The notes beneath the pieces were generated by a model. That model saw only the letters and a program-made list of their open reading frames with translations. It searched no databases and was not told the DNA's origin. DNA of 64,000 nt from Coniocarpon cinnabarinum. Taxonomy: Eukaryota. The stretch is taken from positions 1 to 64,000 of the forward strand of contig JAVECO010000074.1 in the NCBI GenBank assembly GCA_051942205.1. The letters run 5' to 3'. Both the position numbers and the translations under genes were made by a program. Below are positions 12,404 through 23,448 of this stretch, in pieces. Position 1 is the first letter of the stretch; every line of letters begins with the position of its first letter.

Positions 12404-12886
12404 TCAAGCCTTTGACGGCTCATCCTCATGCTCCGCATACTTCTGCAAAGTCTTGCCCAGCGATTGCAACTTACCCTCAAGATCCGCCTCCAAAAACGTC
12501 AGTTTGCGAAGGTGGACGTAAGCCATACTGATGAACGTTGCCTCGAAGGACGCTTTGTCGATGTGGGCTACAGGCGCACCAGCTCGCTCAGCGCTTTCCC
12601 ATTCCCAGGCCACTGCGCCGATCAAGGCATTGAGTTGGGGATGCGTGTCGATTGGATAAAATTGCATGAGAAGGTTGTATGCGTCGCTATAGGCAAAGAC
12701 ATCGAAAGTTGACTCCGTCATGGTAGTCTGCGCTTTACGCAAAAGGATGGCGGGCGGAAAAGGCTCTTTTCGGCTTCGTGCTCTAATCGGATCTGATGGC
12801 TTGTCGTCAGAGAGATAGGTGGACAATAATGATGCTGCTTGGGTTGTCTTGGAGGCTGGCGAGGTGTTGCTGGCGCTGGGATCCAT
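12404..12886 (-). CDS. Hypothetical protein (160 aa; possibly truncated by a premature TGA)
   Basis: ATG-initiated ORF with globular, helical-looking composition. The frame stays open 38 codons past the TGA, to a second TGA at 12289-12287. Confidence 0.5.
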   Translation of the reverse strand: MDPSASNTSPASKTTQAASLLSTYLSDDKPSDPIRARSRKEPFPPAILLRKAQTTMTESTFDVFAYSDAYNLLMQFYPIDTHPQLNALIGAVAWEWESAERAGAPVAHIDKASFEATFISMAYVHLRKLTFLEADLEGKLQSLGKTLQKYAEHEDEPSKA

Positions 12887-14874
12887 CTTTTACGAAGCTG
12901 AATACGTCGTTGCAGAAGATTGGGGTAATAAAGATAGACTCCAATTCGTGGAGTTCGACTTGGTGGCTCTTGATGGATCCTGAGGACAAAAATATACTGT
13001 TGGTCTCTGTAGAATAAGTGATGCTCAGAGCCTGGTCACTGACGCAAGCCTACAAACACAAGCCAGCAAACCGCTACAATTGCGCATTGACCAGCAAGTG
13101 CCAGCAAACGGGCATTTGCAAACGTCGTGAGCTCGCGTACTGCACCGCCGTATCTGAAACGCCACGATCTAGAAGCCTCCATCAGCTGCAACGATATGTT
13201 CACTTGTCAAATGTCCAAAGAAGACAATCAGAGAGTTGAGACAAGTAAGTCGCTTCTGCCAACCTTTTTTGCCGCAGCGAGCGCATCCAATGTGACCGTT
13301 CGCTGCAGACAGGTTGTCGGTGTTTAGTGTGTCGGCCGCTACCACGGCGTGATGGTCCATACTTAGATCCTATATATTCTAGACGTTTTTTTGAGCACTA
13401 CTTGCTGGTCAGTGACATCTGCACCCATGTTCGGCATTTCAACAGCTGTTTGCTGATGATAGCTCTAAGCTACGTTTCAGACATCACGATCCTTGCCACA
13501 GCTTCTGTCTGCGAGATTTGATGGAGGCTGTCACAGCAGAAATTAATCACACTTCATCCTGGACTGCCCGTCAACTCTCTCGCACAGCTCTATCTAAGGC
13601 GCTAGTCACGTGACAGATGAGAGCGGTGGGCATTCTCTGCTTGCAGGTACTGACATGCTTTACCGCTCTTTTGTTGATTCCAGTGTCACTCAACTCTCAG
13701 TGTTGTTACAACAGCGCCTGCAGTGGAGGCTTGACTGTATTGTTACTGCCCATCCGAAAGTCACGCAGGGCGAAGAACGTATTCTTAGCCCGTAGCCAAT
13801 GCAGCCATGATCGCTAAAGCAAGCTTCAATCAATGCAAACGAGACCGCTGGCAATGATTTAGCGCAGCGCTGAAAAGCTTCCGACGTCCTCGCTCATTCG
13901 TGATTGAAGAAAAGGACACGTGTCAAAGTCTTACCTGAAATGTAGCCACAATGGGGGACAACTCCGGACAACGTCTGTTCAAGCAATGGAACAGTCGTGC
14001 TTCATGCCTTTCTAGATGACAAAGATCAACACTTGAATCTGCAACAGCTTGAGTCGTTTGCTCGCCGAACTGGAAGGTCCTAAGTGCAAACTAGCGGGAA
14101 CTTAATGACATCGAGAACAGGCGCGTGAGCAAGTCCGAAATGCGGCTGACGCAGCAACGACCACTCCACGTCTGCAATCCTTCGATCATGAACACGTTTC
14201 CTCGACACAAATTGGAGCCCAATCAAGGCCTGAAGCTTGATCAAATGCTGCGCGGAGTCTCAGGTCGAGCGACAGCGCGCAGTCCACCCTGGGATCATGC
14301 AATAATCGCATTGGCACGTCTTCACCTACACATCACGGCTGCGGTGAATTTAGATCTCTTATTGCTTGTTCGCATGTCAGTAGAAAACCTTCGAGCGGCT
14401 GATGGGTCCCTGACATTGGCGGCCGCAGAAATGCGCGGTCACGCGAGGGGGCCGGCGGTAGCGGCGTTTCATCAGTATTCTGCATGTCACACCAAAGTGC
14501 CGTGACGGGGCGCAAAGTACCAGCAAGGCGGGGGTGTTCAGTAGCGTGCCTGCTATTTGGTGATGGCGCACGGCAAGTCGAGACGTCATATGTAAGCACA
14601 TAAGCTGGCCTCAACGGCTTAGCGAGCCCGTGCTACTCATCTATGAAGGATCCAACCTTAAGTTTTGACAGATGTTCTGATCAGCGACACGTCAGACTCT
14701 CTGGCTCCAAATGCCTCGGCCAAGCACAGTTCCGATGTCAGCACCTAAAAGCCTGACACCTGCACGCTAGTTATATTCCCACCTTATATAGCACTGCTCC
14801 CAAAAGTCCAACCAGCATTACGCGCGCAGCGCCCTTGCTTCCTCCGCGCATTAAACCCTGCTTGAAGTGTGTCA

Positions 14875-15273
14875 ATGCCGCCAACTCAGTCTGATGAAAT
14901 CATCTATCTATACTTTGGACATACTCGCAAATACCAAGCAGCGATCTTCAAGTGCCACAATAGCCTAGCGGAGGTCATGCAAAAGAAAGGGTGGCCTGAT
15001 GGTTTCAAGACGATCGAGTATGTTGAGGCAGATGGTACTGATCGCAGTATGGCTCAGATCAGGGCTGATGACGGCTCAACCTTGAGTCATGACGAGAAGG
15101 TCGAGTGCAAGGTCAAAGGCGAGGCCATGCTTGTGGAGGAAAGAATGTTCAAATGGAAGAGGATTCTCCAACAGAACCGCATTGCGCATGTCCTGGCACC
15201 AGAGAAGGGAGAGCTGAACGACAAGAAGTCGTTGTTGGAATGGCTAAAGCGATTCTCGGAATACCGCTCGTAA
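14875..15273 (+). CDS. Hypothetical protein (132 aa)
   Basis: ATG at 14875, TATA-like TTATATAG ~90 nt upstream, protein-like composition (MPPTQSDEIIYLYFGHTRKYQ...LLEWLKRFSEYRS). No known domain recognised. Confidence 0.6.
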   Translation: MPPTQSDEIIYLYFGHTRKYQAAIFKCHNSLAEVMQKKGWPDGFKTIEYVEADGTDRSMAQIRADDGSTLSHDEKVECKVKGEAMLVEERMFKWKRILQQNRIAHVLAPEKGELNDKKSLLEWLKRFSEYRS

Positions 15274-15853
15274 CTCGTTGCAAAGAGGGCTTAGACTTGC
15301 TTGTTCCAAGATTCAATGCATATTTGGTACGACTGTGCTATTGTTTTCATGATCTCATCGACTGCGAGCTTTAGTTGACATGGCTGGAGTCGCTTAAAGC
15401 GGATGTAAGTCATTTGCCTGGCGTATGTCTGAGTTCAGCACGTTGCTCGGCTGGACGTTTGAGTTAACAAGCTCCACGTGCGCAATATGCTGGATCAGGT
15501 CCCCCCGGGCCTGACAAATGGTCGTTTACCGTCTTGAAAGTGTGTGGCGCTCTAATTAGCGATTGAATCATCATGCAGTCACCTGAGGACAAGTGGCATC
15601 AGAACTGTTCCGCTGGAGTGGTCGAAGCTAGCAGCAATGACTCCAAGAGGCATCTTGCAAACGCCACATTTACTACGTCGTGTTGCTTAATCTGAGCTGG
15701 GCGTCTTCGCGAATGGCTTGCCGGCTCAAGACGACATGCAGCTGAGCTTGCATGGATAGTCTGTGGCGGATTGAAGGATCCCGTTGCGAGTTCTTTCAGA
15801 AGGCATCGTTATATACTTGTAAGCTACGCCCATGCCGATTGACCACTGGCACG

Positions 15854-18537
15854 TTAAGAAAGAACAGAGGAACGATCATCTAGCTCCCACCTTACCTTGA
15901 CCAAGACCTTGCCTTGGGATTCCTCGCCCATCCTGTCCTTGAGATGCCACCAACCCCACCCATCGCGTAGTCTGCCGAGCCTTGCACAGCCCCAAGCAGT
16001 CAACTCATCCTTCTGTAGAGAGACATCGTGCATGACCTTGATCCTAACAAACGTCATATACTCCGCCTCTGTATCGACGGCTATATTCTGAAAGCGGACA
16101 GTCTCTCCTTTGAAATCAGGCGATGACCCAGTCTGGGTCGCTGTTCTGATTTTGTGTCGAGGTCGGGCACGCGTTGATGCAGGTTGGTCGTCTGTCGCAG
16201 CCTTTGCCTTTCTTTTCATGGAAGAGTTTGACCGTTGTGGAGAATTGTCTTTGAGGAGAGAGGAGGCTCTGGTGCGTGCTGCCTGGACCGTTTCTTTGGC
16301 ATGTCCTATATGCCGCCCACTTTGAGGATGTGGTGAAGTGCTCCTGCTGGCGCTTCGGCTGCGGTGCTCGCTGGGCACGGCTTCGGTGTGTAGAATGCAT
16401 TTGATGTAAGGCCTAAAATGCTTGTCTTTGACTAAATTAGGCAAAGGAAGGTCCTGGCCTGCACAAAAGCTTATGCTGAGGTTTAGATATCTTGGTGTTT
16501 GTAGCATGTAGTCTCCAAGATCGATACTGTGCATCTGAGGCACTAACCTTGAAGGCCTCTCGATGGTAGTGGAAGTTTCTTCCCATGGAGTTGAATCGAC
16601 CTTCGGGATGGTCGTCGAGACGTCGCCCGACTTTGCAGCCGCCCAATCTTCAGTGATAGAAGCTGCCGCCGAACGTGCTTGGGATTTCTTATTTGCAGGT
16701 GGCTTGGTGTCCGGCTCACTCTTATGAGCAGTGTCAGGGTCCGTGGTTCGCGGGCTCTGCTCTATGAAGGCATCTGTCTCAGGCGCACCACCGGATGCTC
16801 GAGAAGTTTTGTGGTCGGTAGAGAGCGCGTCCGCCCGCACGTAGTCAGCAGAGGACGATGTGGCATCCATGGTACTTGCGTCGGCCGGTGCGATCAGCCC
16901 AGGATCCCAATACGAACGAGGCTTCAAGACCCATCCTGTTGTTCCCCCAAACATACCTTCATTCAGCATCATAGATTTGTCACACGACTGCCAATTCAGG
17001 GCGACCATCTGTACTCCATGTCGCCACATCCTTATTGGATTGAGGTTTGACGAAGACAACCGAGCGCCTTTCGGATATGCACGCATGAAAAACTGCTTGT
17101 TGTGTTGTGCCAGCTCCAATGAATGCTCTTCGATAGCCCACTTGACCTTACTCTCGGACAAAGCAAAGACGTGAGTGGTGATTTCAGCTTCCTTTTGTTG
17201 AAAGCTCTTGAAGTGGAAGCTCCTCGTGTAGACACCAAGAAGGCTGAGTTCGTCAAGAATCTTCTTCTTAGGCTGCGCATTTGGCTGCTGAAGCTGGTCC
17301 CCGGCGTCTTGCTCTTCTTCATCGTCACTACTGTCACTCTCGTCCCTGTCAGCTTTCCGGGTTTTTGACGACTTAGCCTTCTCTGGCGGAGTGTACTTGA
17401 CCTTGATCAAAATTTTGTTTCTCAAGCTGCCTGGAGAAGGCAACGAAGCAGTGTATTCCTGTTCGTTGCCTGTCGCGTATCGAGAGACATCTAGGAGATA
17501 GTCACTCCAAACGTCTTGCATGATTTCGACCATCTTCGCTTGCTGTTCGAGACCACAATGCACTTCCAGAGATACTATCAGTGGCAGGTCTGATGTAACG
17601 AATGCCGTCGCTGCAATTGCCTTGCAAACCCAACGAAAAGGAACCTCTTTGGTAAGAGTATGCCCTATGAAGCTTAGTCCGGGCACTGGCTGTTTGGGTA
17701 ACAAATGTCCGGATTGAAAGACTCACCATGCAATACGCGAGGTTCGAGCTCTGGTTCCGACGAAGCTTTCCACGGCTTCGGCATCATTTGGCTGTTGTCG
17801 AGCTTTTGTTTTGTCTTTCCTTTAGCTTTGTCTTTTGCGGCAAACAACACATCAGACTTGGTCTGAAATTTGCGAGGAAAGCCTAACTTCTCCCTTAAGT
17901 GGAAGCGTGAGTCGGAGCTCTTCGTACCACTTGTAGGTGGTTCATGATCATCGTTGATTTGCCTGAGCTGGTCTTCGATGTGGTTGGCTTCCTGTTCGAG
18001 GTCCCGCTCCAATGATAGTTTGCCATCCCAAACGTCGATCTCAACACATCGACAGCAAGCCTTCAATGCCTTTATGCAAGTCAACACTGGCCCGCCATGG
18101 CATTCGACATGAGATCAGTCTCAGTCACTAACTTTCATATACCCATCGACGCTTGCATCGCTATACAGTTGGTTGCCGGTCAAATATGTGTTATGGCTCG
18201 AAGAAATGAAGTAGTGTGACATCGGGTGTGACAGGTCGTCCTCCATAGCTGGAACGATTATGTCACTGGTAGTGGATGATAGAAAAGCAAGCACAGCATC
18301 GATATCTTGAGATTCGGCTGCGAGATTGGATGAGTCTGCGTTAGTATTTCCAGCGCTGGAACACCTCAGAAACTTCTGCAAATTCTGTTGCGGCTGATGG
18401 CCGTCTGAGAACGCATCCCTATGTATTGCACGCGCATACTCAACTAAGCCAGAGCTTGTCGCGTCAGATTTTCGTGTTGAGTCTGCATTAGGGGATGACT
18501 TGGAGAAGCTAATCTGGGCGGACTGATCGTTCTCCAT
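15854..18537 (-). CDS. Phosphoinositide-specific phospholipase C (X-Y-C2, no PH domain seen)
   Basis: Exons ~18537-18133, 18069-17727, 17664-15854; start codon uncertain. X box [50 protein letters not shown] box [34 protein letters not shown]-terminal C2 domain. Confidence 0.93.
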
Positions 18538-19342
18538 ACTTCGAAAACGCGAGTCGGTCATCACAAGTCTCTCACCGTAATTACTAATGGTATATGAGCT
18601 GGTCCTTCTATTTCGCATTCGATTCAGGAAGTGGGGAAGAACGAAATCCTCTACTTGAGTCAACTTTGATCAAAGTTAGCCGAGCATGTAGTTCCTTTTA
18701 GCTGGCACGAGGAAGAAAATGGTCATGAGGTGTGAGATCGGGAGTGGCTTGGCATTCCGCCCCAAGCACGTGACGTGAGAGAGCGGAAATGCTTGGCGCC
18801 ACACCATCAAACCCTTCTTCCGGCCTAGGGGAATTTGCCTAGCTTAGGTGTTTAAACTTACCATCTGTTGTGCGCGTACGCTGTACTCAAAGCACTTGGG
18901 AAATCAGTGGATTTGTGAGGGCTGAATACCACGTTCATTGTTTTATGCATAGCGGTTTCCCTCGGGCGACGGACATGGACATTACTATCTGTAAGACGCC
19001 ACTGGCGCAACTTGCGCTTGTTTAGCACGGCGCAGCCTTTGGGATGCATGATGCAGAGGCATCTTGGTATGGTATTTGCAGGAAGTTGAAGGAGTCTACC
19101 AGCGCGCCCATTCTGCAAACAAGGCAGTGCTCGCCACCGAGGCGGCTCTGCAAAGACATGGATACGTACCGCTGCAGGCAGTAAAGTGCCAGGGTTGTCT
19201 CGTCTCCGCGGGCGACAAATCCGAATCTGTGTCGAAAACCCCCACTTCCCTTGCCACTCTGTTCAGGACTGGCGCTTCATACATTGAAAAGATCTTAAAG
19301 TGCCACGAGTAGGACCAACGCAGCTTTCCTTTGATAGCAGCC

Positions 19343-19753
19343 ATGATACCACAAAAGTTTGACGAATACAGGTCAGCTTTGCGAGGCGATATCACCATGC
19401 TTTAAGATCGAATGCTAAGCCCGGGACATGGCAGATTGTTGCGAGCTGACGTGGAGAATTTCCTGAAGGAGACGTTTCCAAGCGTGCAGAACGTTGCAGA
19501 CTTCAAAGTTCAAGTAGGCAGGATTGGTCTTCAGCTGGTCATCCTATTGACACGTTGTCAAGAAATCTCTTGATGGCAATTACTGGGAATTCGACGCTCC
19601 ACAGCAGTTGACACAGGTGATAGCCACTTCCACTCCTGCCTGGAGACGCCTGAAGACGCATTTGACAAGCGCTGACGTTCTTGATGGCAGAGTCAAAAAG
19701 ATGCGCTGCTCAAAAGAAAGAACAAGGACGGGTTTGAATATCGAGACGACTGA
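19343..19753 (+). CDS. Small 74-aa protein (4 exons), upstream partner of the CorA-like gene
   Basis: Exons 19343-19371, 19435-19513, 19563-19616, 19691-19753. All three introns are GT-AG (63, 49, 74 nt) with branch-like motifs and consistent phases; Kozak-like gcagccATG. Product MIPQKFDEYRLLRADVENFLKETFPSVQNVADFKVQKSLDGNYWEFDAPQQLTQSQKDALLKRKNKDGFEYRDD. Confidence 0.75.
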
Positions 19754-20469
19754 ATTCTGCCGAGTCCTCCATTCAGGCAGAGGGGCGCATGGCGAAATTG
19801 GCAAGGGGCTGAGGCGCCTTGAGGGTCCTTGCTTGGGCTGAGGCCGCTGACGCTGACCTACCTCCAGTGATGCAGCGGCAGTGCAGGAGAGCGAGAGGCC
19901 GGGCGTTATCGGGCGAGAACAGGTGTTGCAGGCGCTCAGCGTCGTGGCGTCGAATACCGTGTGATCGTATCCAACGAGCAAAGCAGGCTACCTAGCGAAA
20001 ATGTGAAACGGGTCCTAGTGCCTTGGCAATGTCTTGGCCACCGAGGGGCACGTGACGATTCCTTGCGGGAAGAGTATGTACCTCATGTACCTACATTGTA
20101 GCCTCGCAACTTCTCCTATTTTCCGACGCTCCGCTCAGCCACCGCATAGCCGATGTCTGCGTCCCATCTATTCTGAACTTGCAAAGCGCTTGCTCTCGTC
20201 TCGGTAACTCTGTCCCTTACTTGTCGCCCTGTGGCCTATGCCTCCATGCATTCCGTGTCCAGAATGTCTGCCCTATAATCGCCTTCTATGACTTGTCGTC
20301 ACCGGAAATCTGCTCCCCTGACAATGGATGATGCTTGCTCCACACTGCGCCGAGTTGGGGCTTCATAAAAATGATGCTCTGATATCCTGCTTGTATTCTC
20401 TCATCCAATGTCAATTTCCTAGCTATTCAATCTGCATTACTCACCAAAATAAGCTTTCTTTCTTCGGCA

Positions 20470-22511
20470 ATGTCTTGCCCAACTACTCAAAGTGCTGTTC
20501 GCCAGTCCTATGAAGATTCTGAAGTCTATCCATGCAATCTCATTTGTCCGGAAACATTTCCATATGTCCTCCGTAGTTATACACGACGTCTGAAAGATGC
20601 AGCACAGGAGCTGTTCTGTGATACTTCGAGATCGGAAGTCTCGTTTTGGCAACAACAGCATCATCACGACCAAGGTCAGTAGAGTTATGTTTGCAAAGCT
20701 GATCCATCTTATAAGGCGCTAACTCTGAGTGAAAGCATTGACTCGGCCGGATACATTGAAAAGTTTGAACGACGTTCACCGAACATTCTTTCCTAATGGG
20801 CTTACCGATCTTCGGCGAGACCCGTTTGTTCGAGCATGGCCAGTATCAACCCGCGGTCTTAACTCCCCTGGGGCTGTGTCTGACTTCACTACAGCTTCTT
20901 CGAAGCTCCTGACTCTCGGTCAAGCTTGAGTATCACGTTTCCGATGTTTGTGCATATACTAAGTTATCTGCAAGTTGTGAGTCTTCGCTTCGCTCGGTTT
21001 CTTCTTGACGGGCTGTCGGCCGCGCTAACGAGTCCTGCTAGATGCCCGAATTCCTTGACTTTGTCTTCCCTTTTGGACGGCAAATATCGCCACGAGACAC
21101 CCACTTCAGCGGATTTCGGTGCCGGACCATGCTTGATATTAATCATCCGCAAAGCAGCGCATGTCCCGACTTGTCTCGGTCGGGATATGGATATCGACTT
21201 TGCTACAACCTCAAATCTGTGGAACCCTCACCAGCACGTGAAGATCATCCTTGGTCTGTCCGAGCAACCGCTTTGTACCACGGTTTTGACACGAAGACAG
21301 GAGCCTCAACCTGGCTTACGGTAAAGGGGAGTGATCTCATCAAGAAGCGAATACTGGCGGCGTGGAAGGACGCCTATCTGCCGGCTTTGAATCCCCAATC
21401 ATGTGGATTTGCGCACTCGCTGGTCACCCATCTGGTAATCTGCCATTGGGCAACCGAGTACTGGCGATGGTACATCAACTTTCTCGATGAACAATTCCAT
21501 AACCTCACCGTCCCCATTCTAGGCGTCAGGGTTGATGAGATTGACGCCAAAGACCCCGAAATTCGAATGTTAAATGCAAAGTCTCGCGTTGCAACCGTGC
21601 TGGCGAAGCCGCAAACAAAACAGCAGACCTCTGACGACGAGAGAGCAACAATGGCTACCAATGACTCTCAATCGTCGGCCGACAGTAAAGTACTTTTCCA
21701 ATTCCAAAATGTTCAGAAATTGGCGGAAATAGAGGCGAAGGCGGCAGAAGCCAAACGCGTCCTACGATGTAACAAAGACACAATTTGTGCACTTAGGGAC
21801 GTCTACTTCGAGAATTGGAGCTCGGCTAGCTTCCCCTCTGATATCAGAGATCAATGTCAGGGGCCCTTTGAAGACTTCAAAGGTCGCACGAAGGCCATCG
21901 TCGAGGACATTAGCAGGCATGTTCACAATTTGGAGAACCTTCTGCATATTCTTCAAGTCCGGAGGAATGTCGTGAGTTGACGCTTGCAAACAGTAAGTTG
22001 ACAGTGCACTGCTAAAACCTGCCAGATCAACAACATGTTTGCTCATCAGAGCATTCTCGAGAATCAGAAGCAGGCGAAGATCGCAAGGATTGCCTCCCGA
22101 AACATGGAAGAGATGAGTGAAGTTATGTTCCACATCGCAAGACGGACTGAGCGAGAGACCGTCGTGATGCGAATTATCACAGTAGTAACGCTTTTTTTCC
22201 TCCCCGCTACATTCATCTGTGTAAGCTTTTGACACCCATGGCTCCTTGCTGTCAAGGTAGAGTAGCTTGCTGATTATGAGCAGACTTTCCTCAGCACCGA
22301 CATTATCAAATATCCTGATAGTAATGTTGGGGGCAATCAATCCGGCGTCTTCTCTTTGGACGCTCTGGAGTTGTTTTTCAAGCTGTGTCTACCACTCATG
22401 GCTGCAACACTTGCTCTGTCTTGGATTGGGCATCGTTTTATCCGCGGCCGTATGGAACGCAAATATGCAGAGCTCGAACGAAAGTTTCAGGATGGCCGTA
22501 GTATTGTGTAA
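20470..22511 (+). CDS. Fungal CorA-like domain protein (two C-terminal TM helices, GMN motif replaced)
   Basis: Exons 20470-20674, 20736-20838, 20895-20976, 21042-21971, 22026-22220, 22284-22511. Motifs ILSYLQVMPEFLDFVFPFG, LCYNLKSVE, WSVRATALYHGFD; long helical stalk; ETVVMRIITVVTLFFLPATFICTFLSTDII (TM1 plus loop) and LFFKLCLPLMAATLALSWIG (TM2). Confidence 0.85.
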
Positions 22512-23448
22512 CTGGAGCTTAACTTTCGGCCGTAAGACTTGTCATCCCCAAAAGCAGGTCGACGGAGATGCCGATTGCCCTTCCCGGCCCTCCAGAGCCA
22601 TTCAAGACCTATGGATTGCCTTCGGTCATTGAGGAAATGGGAGTTGTCCTGAGTAATATTTTTGTGAGTCGGCAGGACCAATCGACGCCTGTTCAAGCAA
22701 GACCACCTAAACCGAGTGAGTTGCGGCACTGCTTGGATGTTAGAGTATGGAGCCAAGGTGTTGACGAAGAGTTCTCTCATTTTCCTTGTTTTAAACTCGC
22801 GGAGGCTAATGGCACCTTCGCAACAACATGTTATAGAAACATCTCCACTCATGTGCTGCGGGAAGTACACGTCGTTCTGGACTCACGCGACTCAACGGCA
22901 CTGGGCGGTTATGCGGGCTCGTTCATTGGCCAGTCCCAACAATACGTACCCAAAACAGTTTTCACTCTGCCCCGCAGGCAACGCCGCGGCCCTCTGTGGG
23001 AATGCACAGCTGGATCAGTGACAGCAGTTGTTCTCCGGGTCCTGACCAATCATACAATGCACAAGACACTAGAGAGCGCGCCAGCAACATGCTTACCAGG
23101 CAGGAGCAATGTACTCCGCAGAGCCTCATGCAACGCAGCTTGAGCTCCAGCGCCGCTTCACCTGCGCAAGGCAAGAAGGCGTCGATACTATACCTCTTGC
23201 GACCTCGTAGGCAATCAGCCTCCGGCAACTGCGCGAGTCGCGGACTATTAGGCGCTTGAGCCACTGGATAAGGCGTCGAAGCCTCTTAAGTCGCCGCCCT
23301 CGCCCTTCCAAAGCCTGACTCTTTGAGATTCCTGAAATTCGTGCTGACAAACACACCCCACTTTGCGAGTCCTGGGTTTGGCTGCCATCCCGTTCTTCAG
23401 TCGTTTCTCTGGTCGTGTCTTCGGCCGCGCCACCAATGCGACCAGATC

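Noticed and set aside
13000..14700. Short ORFs in a gene-poor stretch
   Set aside because: No domain signatures, terminal repeats or transposase motifs seen.
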